Shown: one piece after another, positions 54,120 through 64,000 of the stretch
Layout: every line of letters starts with the position of its first letter
Position numbering within the stretch: position 1 is the stretch's first letter
DNA from: Octopus sinensis
Lineage: Eukaryota
Length of the DNA stretch: 64,000 bases
Assembly: GCF_006345805.1 (NCBI RefSeq)
Contig: NC_043004.1
Span: 76,136,001 to 76,200,000 of the forward strand
Direction: 5' to 3'
Notes under the pieces: generated by a model
Database searches by the model: none
Told to the model about the DNA's origin: nothing
Seen by the model: the letters and a program-made list of their open reading frames with translations, nothing else
Program-made: the position numbers and the translations under genes

Positions 54120-55085
54120 AATTATATCGACATCAGTACTGGACCGTTGCTTTATTCTATCGACCTCGATGAAATGAAAGGCAAAATTGACTTCGGCGGG
54201 ATTTGAACTCAGGACTGAATGAATGAGAGGAAATACCTATTTCTTTACTACCCACAAGGAGTTAAACATAGAGGGGACAAACAAGGACAGACATAGTTAT
54301 TAAGTCGATTACATCGACCCAAGTGCGTAACTGGTACTTAATTTATCGACCCCGAAAGGATGAAAGGCAAAGTCGACCTCGGCGGAATTTGAACTCACAA
54401 CGTAACAGCAGACGAAATACCGCTGAGCATTTCACCCGGCGTGCTAACGTTTCTGCCAGCTCACCGCAGAAGGCATTACAGGAGTTGTAAGAAACTCTCA
54501 AGAGAGCTGAACAGCAGAAGGTCTTTAGAGAAGAAACCACTGGTAGGCAAGTGTTTTGGCCCTTAACTTCTTACACTCTAAAGGGGCCGGACGACATCCA
54601 GGTCATGACTCCCTGGGTGTCCTTCTGCTGACACCTTTTAGTCACTTGAATATCCTTTTCTACTCTAGGCACAAGGCCCGAAATTTTTGGGGAGGGGGAG
54701 CAGTTGATTAGCTCGACCCCTGTACGCAACAGGTACTTCATTTATCGACCCTGAAAGGATGAAAGGCAAAGTCGACCTCGGCGAATTTTGAACTCAGAAC
54801 GTAACGGCAGACGAAATACGGCTATGCATTTCACCCGGCGTGCTAACGTTTCTTATTTCTTTATTGCCCACAAGGGGCTAAACATAGAGGGGACACACAA
54901 GGACAGACAAAGGGATTAAGTCGATTACATCGACCCCCAGTGCGTAATTGGTACTTAATTTATAGACCCCGAAAGAATGAAAGGCAAAGTCGACCTCGGC
55001 GGAATTCGAACTTAGAACGTAGTAGCAGACGAAATACCGCTAAGCATTTCACCCGGCGTGCTAACGTTTCTTCCAGCTTGCCACC
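54120..55085 (-). mobile_element. Cluster of 3-4 tandem or partial family B SINEs
   Basis: Repeated gaccccgaaaggatgaaaggcaaagtcgacctcggcggaatttgaactcag and cccacaaggggctaaacatagaggggac blocks. Confidence 0.85.
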
Positions 55086-55924
55086 CTTAGCCACTTGAAT
55101 ATCGGAGACTCATTGTGCATGGTAAACCCTCTCCATCGACTCAGCTTTCAAACTTATATTTAAAGAATATAAACCGAATTTTTTAATGGAATTTTTTTTT
55201 ATCGAACGGAACCACAGTTAACCTCGGTGTAATTTTAACACAGGGCTTGACCATAACTAATAATAGAAAGGAATTATGTTCTTCCCACTAACGATTCAAC
55301 CAAACCACCGCCCTGAAATGGATTCAACAAGTTATAGAAACAGTTCTTCAGAATCAGCTCATCAAGAACTTACTATTTATTCCCTGGGGCTCCGTTACAC
55401 GAATTCTAATTTTATTGACGAGTTGTTGTGCTTACGTCGACATTCATATTTTAGTTTTTGGCTTTTACACAAATATACAAACTAGTTTAAACAAACATCT
55501 GCGCTGCCGTTGAACCATCTGTGTGCATAACAGCATTTATAGCATAGGCAGAAGGCCACAAATATTTTGGTGGGAAGGAAAGATCGCTTATTCTGACCTC
55601 CGGTCCATTACACGTGCAGATGGCAGAAAGGATGGAAAGTCTACTACGGGCATGAGAAGCAACTAAATACTGTAAGGAATTTTGTCCGTTGGTCTGACGA
55701 TTTTGCTATTCCACGACTCTCTCTCTTCCTCATCTCAGTCTATCTATCCATCCATCCATCCATCCATCTATCCATCCATCTATCTCTATCTCCTATATTA
55801 AGTAAAAAGTCCTGTGGTTGTCATCTCTGCTCGCTCTGCTACTTGGGTTTTGGTGTATTTAAATGATTAAATATGATTTGTTTTACTATTTCAGCAAGTC
55901 GAGAGATCTTCCGTAAATACGTGC

Positions 55925-56632
<708 letters not shown>

Positions 56633-57134
56633 CGCATGTATGTGTGTCTTTGTTTCTAAATTTGTCCCCCAACACCATTTGATAACCGGTGTGGGTGTGT
56701 TTACATCCCCGTAACCTAGCAGTCAAGCAAAAGAGAATGATAGAATAACTGCCAGGCTTCTAAAAAATACGTATTGTGGTTGACAAAAATCTTCAAAGCG
56801 GTGCCCCAGCATGGCTACGCTCAAATGACAGAATCAAGAAATACAAATAAAAAAAAAGATAAAAAATCGTCCGATTTAACAGGTGAGCGCTAAAATTTTG
56901 CACCTCTACAAAGTTAGGAACCTTGCCAAATTGTACAATAATATTCGGCTGTTGTTGCTAATGACGTTAAACTAATTATAGTCTTATCCCCGCTGCAAGC
57001 CCAGGCTTCTTATAAATAATTTATTTACATAATTTTTTTTTTATTATATCTGACACAAATTTTGAAAATTTGTGTCAGATATATTTTTATCACTAATCAC
57101 AAGGACATACAGAATCTCTCTCTCTCTCTCCCTT

Positions 57135-57167
<33 letters not shown>

Positions 57168-57466
57168 AACTGTGTTGATGGCTTATTAGGTGTGTCGGCT
57201 TGTAAGATGCATTTCATTTTTGGCAGGTATTTTCCTGAACCATTGGTTGCCAGTAACCTAAACTCTGATCTTGTGTTTATTACAAGTAGGTGATTTTCTG
57301 GGGGGTTTTGTTTCTTAAAGTTGCTGCTAATAAACTGTGAAATGCAGTACACACACACGCACGCGCGCGCACGCGCGCACACACACACACACACACGTAT
57401 ACGCACACGCACACATACATATACACATTTTATCAAAAGCTGACAGGCTACTCGGCGATACCAGAG

Positions 57467-57502
<36 letters not shown>

Positions 57503-57546
57503 CTCTATCTATCTATCCATCCATCCATCCATCCATCCATCCATCC

Positions 57547-57600
<54 letters not shown>

Positions 57601-59473
57601 TTGTCAGTGTCTGTCTGTCTGTCCTTTCTTTCTCTCTCCCCTCTCACACACACACACGTATGTTCGATGGTTCGTCGAATTGCCATTAGTTTACGCGTTT
57701 TTGACGGCCATTTTGTAATTGAGGCTCTTTGAGAATTTTAGTCGAATTATTTTTGCTGTGTCTAGGGCGAGTTATTCTCTTTCAATGCCTTATAATTTAA
57801 CACATTCACCAGCAAAATTTCTACTTATTTCTTTTATATTTTTCTAAAATTTTCGTTGCGTCTTGCCACCTTTACAATAGTTTTTGTTTTTTGCCAATTC
57901 CAAAACGAAGTGGCGTATAAAAACATTATTTTCTCGAAAGTGAGAATATAGCGATGCAGGTTTAATGCGAACCTACATAATGTCCCCCTAGACATTATGG
58001 TCTTGACTCTGCTTATGCGGTTTCCATGGGTAGGATAAACAGGCTAAAGATCCCTCCCAAGTCATATGCGCTCATAGCACCGGTTTCTCGGTTTCCGTGG
58101 CGTATATATTCCCTTCCTGGACGGGGCGCTAGTCTTTTGCAGGGTTACTCATTGTCGTTACCTGGGTGGACTGGAATAACATGAAATGAAGTGTTTTGTT
58201 AACCCATTGCCTGTCACGAGCCCCATTTGGGGATCTGCTCAAAACAGTCTCACTGCCAGCTGTTCATTGCATTTAAACTGAATTGCTTCTGTACACCGCA
58301 TTTGCAGAGGTGTGTTTAACAAGATTTAGTAGTAAAAGTTTGTCATTTTAGCTCCGGCTAATTCTAGAGGACATTTTATGTCATAAATTGCAATTTTTGA
58401 ACTACAAAAATATTGACTGTTTTGAAAACGTTTTTTTTTTGTTTTTCTGCATTTCCCATCTGAATCATTCGTTGATATTTCATTCACCTTCGCATTTGAT
58501 TCTACAGTTTCAAGAAAAAACTAAAATCTTTATTATTACAATTGAATTGAAAAAGATAAATTTGCTTCTTTTTTTTTATTTCAGCATTTGGAACTTTTCG
58601 TAAAATTTATCATAATTTCCAGAATAATTCACACATGAAGAAAATTTAAACACTATATATTATTATAACTTCCTAAGACCCCTGGCAAAGCCAAAAAATA
58701 TGAATAAAAACATTTGGCAGTTAATAGGTTAAAGAAGTCAACGCGTTGCTTGGTCCAGGAATCGTAACCATAATCTTACAATCACGAGAACAATACCTTA
58801 ACCACTAAGCCACGCATCTTCATGCCGGATTTCCACGATGTATAAGTGACTGAAATCACACCATTCACCCCGAAAGGGATACCAGTCTGTTGTAGGATTT
58901 CTTATTTGCATTTGAGTTGACTGGAGAAGTGCTCTGCTCGGTCCAAGAATCGAAACCGTGATACTGTGATCTTGAGTGCAACACCCTAACCACTAGGCCA
59001 CGCGCCTTCACGCTAGCCAGACGAACCGCGCGAAACCAGATGCATTGTGACAATGCTTGGAACAGCTTCCTTTTGAGATTGCTGTTAATCTGGTAAAACA
59101 AATTTTCTTTCAAGCAACGTTCAGAAGGAACTAATCATAACCAAAACTTGGCATCCATCCACATCTACTTCCGGTTTTCCTTCTATTTAGTCATCTGGAG
59201 TTTACACATATTGGGATCGGTCTGGTTATTCTATACCCCCATCCGCATAAGTATTACCAGTGCAACCCTCCAGTAGCCTCTTCGTTGATGCTCTAGACTA
59301 CTAGAAATAGCAGCCAGCTCTTCTCAGGACACACCTTAGTGCCTTGGGAAAAGAAAGGACACATTATATAACGTTGTGTTATATATCCATTTACAGATGA
59401 TGTGATCATGAAGGAATGTTCTTGATTGTTCGATCAAGGTTAGCCGGAGTTAAACAGCAACAACAACAACAGT

Positions 59474-59815
59474 GGAGGCGCAATGGCCCAGTGGTTAGGG
59501 CAGCGGACTCGCGGTCGGAGGATCGCGGTTTCGATTCGTTGTGTGTGTTTATTGAGCGAAAACACCTAAAGCTCCACGAGGCTCCGGCAGGGGGTGATGG
59601 CGACCCCTGTTGTACTCTTTCGCTCCAACTTTCTCTTACTCTTTCTTCCTGTTTCTTGTCCCCGGCTTCCTACGCAACCGCTGAGCCTGGATCCATCCGT
59701 CGATGCTCTCGGTGTCGGAGGTTGACCTGCTTTCTCTTCTGCGGGCCTTACGAATAGCAAAGAACCACGTTTCGGACTTCTCCCACTGGGACGAAGACTG
59801 CTTCGCTCAACAAAC
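59474..59815 (+). mobile_element. tRNA-derived SINE (family E); related minus-strand copies at ~4900-5110 and ~48020-48215
   Basis: ggaggcgcaatggcccagtggttagggcagcggactcgcgg...gttcgatt head; body aaacacctaaagctccacgaggctcc; (AAAC)n tail. Confidence 0.75.
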
Positions 59816-60039
59816 AAACAAACAAAGCAGCAGCAACAACAACAGCAAATCTAACTTAAAATGGTGGATTTTTACTAAGTGGCTTTCGTTTATATTCAGC
59901 TGATGCAGTGGATATTCTGCTTGTCTTAGTTTGATTCTTTCACTCTGAGAATTGGCAAAAGTCTATATTTGTATCACATGTAATCTTTCTACTGAAACGC
60001 TGGATTGGAAATTGTACTGGCATAACACAATTTACTTCT

Positions 60040-60841
60040 GCTGTGTTATCACCCCGTGGACAGCTCCCCTATTCTTCTCTAGCAGGTTGTTGAGGACAAC
60101 AACAGAGTGATAGGTAGAGTTCCATCTGGTACTGTTGGGAACCATCAGCCCTCCTCTTCAACACGTCCAGAATGCTGTCGGCCACCACCGTGGTGTGGTT
60201 CTGAAGATTCTACAGCCGCCGTGCCTTGGACATGGCCTTCCTCTAAGCCGACTTGAACAAAGTGCTGTCAAGAGCCTTGTCAGCATCCACACTGGCTACC
60301 AAGTTGAAGGTATGGGCTGCGCACTTCATGTGCACTGGCAGGTTTAGGCCCAGACGGCTGAACTCGTCAAGGATGGCATCAACAGAGATGTACTCAACTT
60401 CGTCCATATCCCCAGCCTCAAGATCCACGTCCAGGTCCATATCTTTCACGCCCTCCACGTCCAGATCGGCAGCAGCCTCATGAATGTCTAGTAACAATTC
60501 AACTTCTGTACCAAACTACATAAATCCTTAACAATGTTTTTGCTGTTGTCCGTCGCGGTCCTGATCATCTTCTCTTGTGGATGGAACTTCTAATAGCTGT
60601 CCACTATGACCCGGGCGATAACATCAATAGTATGATATCCACTGAGCCGAGAGCAGGCCAGGACGGGGTGGTGTCTCGTGCAGGTCTTGGGGTCCAGCCA
60701 GTTTGCCGACATCCCCAGGTAGGACCTGTTGTGGGCCAACCAACAGTCCGCGGTGGTCGCCACCCAGGGGACATCCATGAGCAAACTGTAATAAAAAAAT
60801 GTTAAATTGTCAAGAGACATAATTTGTAAAGTTAAAAGCTT

Positions 60842-60911
<70 letters not shown>

Positions 60912-62478
60912 ATGGCGGTGCTCCAGCATGGCCATAGCTTGTGAGCTGAAACTAAATAAAATAAAATAAAAAATAAAAAATATATGTATTGCTAGAAGTA
61001 GGAGTCGTAAACTCCTTAGCCACAAAACCCTCCCCACTCTGAGTGAGATGCATTAGATTAGCATGCTAATTTCGTATAAGAAATTAATACTCATTAGTAA
61101 TGGTCACTCCATCACAGCTGGTAGAGGCCACCTCACCCTGTCTATATTACGGAGAATGCCATTGGAATCAGTGACTGATTTCACAAAATGGCAATGTGAA
61201 AATTATAAAATAATTAAGGTGGCTAGCAGCAATTTAAAACCAACAAGGAAATAAACTGACGCAGAGTAAGATCAAGGCCTACTAAAAAAACAAAAAAACA
61301 TAAACTAGCCTCTCATCCGCCACTCCACACCAGCTGCAATGGTTTTTGTGAGCACGTGGTTTGTACAATTTTGTACAAATAGGAAGGAGGCAGGACACTT
61401 GATCGCAGTATCTTATAACTATACTTTGTTTACAGAAACCACTCAGACTTATTTGTTACTAGCATGTTCTAAATTCACGGAAAGATTGCTTATAATTTAA
61501 AGCCTTGTTATTAAACTTTTGAAAATAGTGACACTACCTTGATAGGTGGCATGTTGAGGGTGATGAATAACCGAGCTGAGGTATGGAATGATGGTCGAAA
61601 TTTGCTAAGTTTAGAACTAAGGGTTAATTTATTTGTTATTTCATTAAAGATTGCCATTTTGGCTGCGCAGACGTAATCATGGGTGGAGTATATGTATATA
61701 TATATATTTATATTATGACATTTATTTCAGTTAGCTACTATACGTTTTATTACATTAATTAAGAAAGTAATTATTCAATAAATAATTAAACTAAGAAAAT
61801 ATGAAGTATGCCATAATAATAATAATAATAATTTAATAGTCTTGTATAATTTCAGTTTATAAATACCTTGTAAGATGCTCCTCCGACTGTTCATGGCTGG
61901 CCAAGATCATTCTGCCCGGAGTGCAACGGGACATTTGCGTCTTGCTCTGGGTTCAGCATTTTGATCAGGCTGACCAAAGAGGAGGACTGCACTACATGCA
62001 GCAGTAGCATGTTGTCGACAAACAGGTCTACAAGGCTTCTGTCCACCATAGACTGATGGACGTCAGTGTCAGCAGTTTGAGCAAACACGCCAATGCTGGG
62101 GTGGCGAGCTTTCTTTGCACGTGGATGCGATGACTGGCTACTGATACTGTTACAGGAAGAACCAGCCTTGATTCTCTCCTCAAACTGGATGGCATGCGCT
62201 GGGTGTTTCCTCTTGACATGCGACTTCAAGTTGTAGAAGCTCGCCACTTGTCCCTTAATGGTGGTCTCCTTGGGCTGGCGCATGACGCACCGGAAGTACA
62301 GGATTTTGGCGATCCTCTTATCCCTTTACGTAAAGACAAAGTAGTCCTCCAGGTGGAGCCACGAGTTCTGAGACTCCTGGCTCTCAACCTGAGTGACCTC
62401 TGCTTCACCCAAAGTCGTTGCAGGCTCCTCAACAGGCCCGTCATCATCAAGCCGAACAAAAACGTCTTCACCTTCCAT
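60040..62478 (-). pseudogene. hAT transposase pseudogene; exon 1 ~62478-61867, GT-AG intron 61866-60786, exon 2 from 60785
   Basis: Probable start MEGEDVFV at 62478. There is an in-frame TAA after FVFT, plus frameshifts. Donor ACAAG|gtattt and acceptor tttttttattacAG|TTTG join in frame as EEHLT-S-LLMDVPWVATTADCW. Confidence 0.75.
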
Positions 62479-62871
62479 AACGATAAGTGATAACTTGATA
62501 AGCTGATAAGGTACGCTGCTGTCACCGACACCGTGAGACTGTAATGTGGCACCGTCGTAGGTGAACACAACTCAAAACTGCAGAATTACACAATGTTGTT
62601 CAGCTAGCTGCTGCTGCGTCAACCAAACGCGTCTTGTCACGTGTACACCTAATTAGTCAATAGCGTGCCAGCGGACTCGTCGAGATTCGCCCACAACAGA
62701 CAGGAACGTATGAATTTTGTTAGCGGACTTAAAATTAGCGGAACTAAATTCAACGGAAGCTAATTGGCCTGCTAATGGTTTCCAAAGTTAGCGAAAACGC
62801 TAATCCGCTAAACGAAAAGTTAGTTTTGCTAATTAGCTGTTACCGGATTAGCGGAACCGCGCCCACCTCTG
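60040..62871 (-). mobile_element. Decayed hAT-superfamily DNA transposon with BED-finger transposase (3' truncated, one TIR visible)
   Basis: Terminal CAGAGGTGGGC at 62871 (minus strand) with multiple subterminal TTAGCGG/CCGCTAA motifs (62720-62860). Translated pieces: WLHLEDYFVF...FRCVMRQPK...NLKSHVKRKH (BED finger), VATTADCWLAHNRSYLGMSANW, RTATDNSKN, HMKCAAHTFNLVA, VPNSTRWNSTY (hAT catalytic motifs). Confidence 0.85.
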
Positions 62872-62880
62872 TATATGTAT

Positions 62881-63020
<140 letters not shown>

Positions 63021-63039
63021 CATATGTACAAATACACTG

Positions 63040-63128
63040 CGTAGCACCTTGGACAAGTGTCTTCTATTGCCTCGAGCTGACTAAAGCCTTGTGAGTGGAT
63101 TTGGTAGACGGAAACTAAAACAAGCCTG

Positions 63129-63168
<40 letters not shown>

Positions 63169-63365
63169 GTATGTATGTATGTATTTGTGTGTCTGCGTTT
63201 GTCTCCACCCCCACGCTTGACAACCGATGCTGGTGTGTTTACGTCCCCGTAACTTAGCAGTTCAGCAAAAGAGAGCGATAAAATAAATACTAGCTTTACA
63301 AAGAATAAGTCCTGGGGCCGTTTTCTTCATGGCCGCAGTCAAATGACTGAAACAAGAAAATGAAA
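63040..63365 (+). mobile_element. SINE family A, 5' truncated
   Basis: gcaccttggacaagtgtcttc...gacggaaact...cttgacaaccgatgctgg...aaatgactgaaacaag. Confidence 0.75.
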
Positions 63366-63400
63366 GAATGCATATGTACGTACAGGTATGTAACGTATAA

Positions 63401-63456
<56 letters not shown>

Positions 63457-63866
63457 TATATGAACACACGTAAGTTATGTCGTTGCTGTGTATTTGTATT
63501 AATGTCAGTTTGATTCTGCGACGCTATTGTTCACAAAATCACATGATACAAAATAGACTAAACATGTCTCATTAAAGTGTGTGTGTGTGTGCACTTCCTC
63601 AGGTGTTTATATATGCGTTAATATTAATTACAGTATGTAAATATCTATATTAGTGTATGAAACCAACTTTTAAGTTGCTATTGGAAACACGGAAGGAGTA
63701 AGAGGTAGTCTGCAGAAGATTAAGATAAATATAGATTGCTTATTAAAGAATTCGTGTAACTCGATAGCTTTGTGCCAACTGACAAACGGCAGAGAGAGGG
63801 AAAGAAGGAGGTGGGGAGAAAGAAAGAGGAGAGGAGGAGTTGGAGAAACATAAGTTGAAGAGGGGG

Positions 63867-63945
<79 letters not shown>

Positions 63946-64000
63946 GCTGAGACAAGAAAGAGGGAAGAATCGAGAGGAGAGAGAGATATCGCAGGAACAA

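Overview
AT-rich, microsatellite- and SINE-saturated eukaryotic genomic DNA. The SINE families and repeat landscape look like an octopod cephalopod (Octopus-type) genome; this is inference and no database search was run. The only credible host coding sequence is the first coding exon of an alpha-neurexin (Nrx-1/NRXN-like) gene on the minus strand (CDS 33395-34115: signal peptide, laminin-G/LNS1, EGF). Positions 1-33394 would be its downstream intron and ~34250-64000 its 5' intron and upstream region. The rest is transposon-derived: at least four SINE families, CR1-like and RTE LINE remnants, non-autonomous Helitrons, pogo-, piggyBac- and hAT-type MITEs, and a decayed intron-containing BED-hAT transposase. 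Notable structures are a perfect 195-bp-arm palindrome inside a TSD-flanked SINE, a ~3.3-kb 26-bp minisatellite grown from a SINE motif with self-complementary variants, a CpG-decayed 5.8S rRNA pseudogene abutting a tRNA-SINE, two CR1-like LINE halves joined head-to-head near the same RT codon, a telomere-repeat-containing MITE, and an apparent step in CpG content at ~30 kb. Almost all ORFs in the supplied track are microsatellite or minisatellite artefacts. No CRISPR array or prokaryotic system is present.
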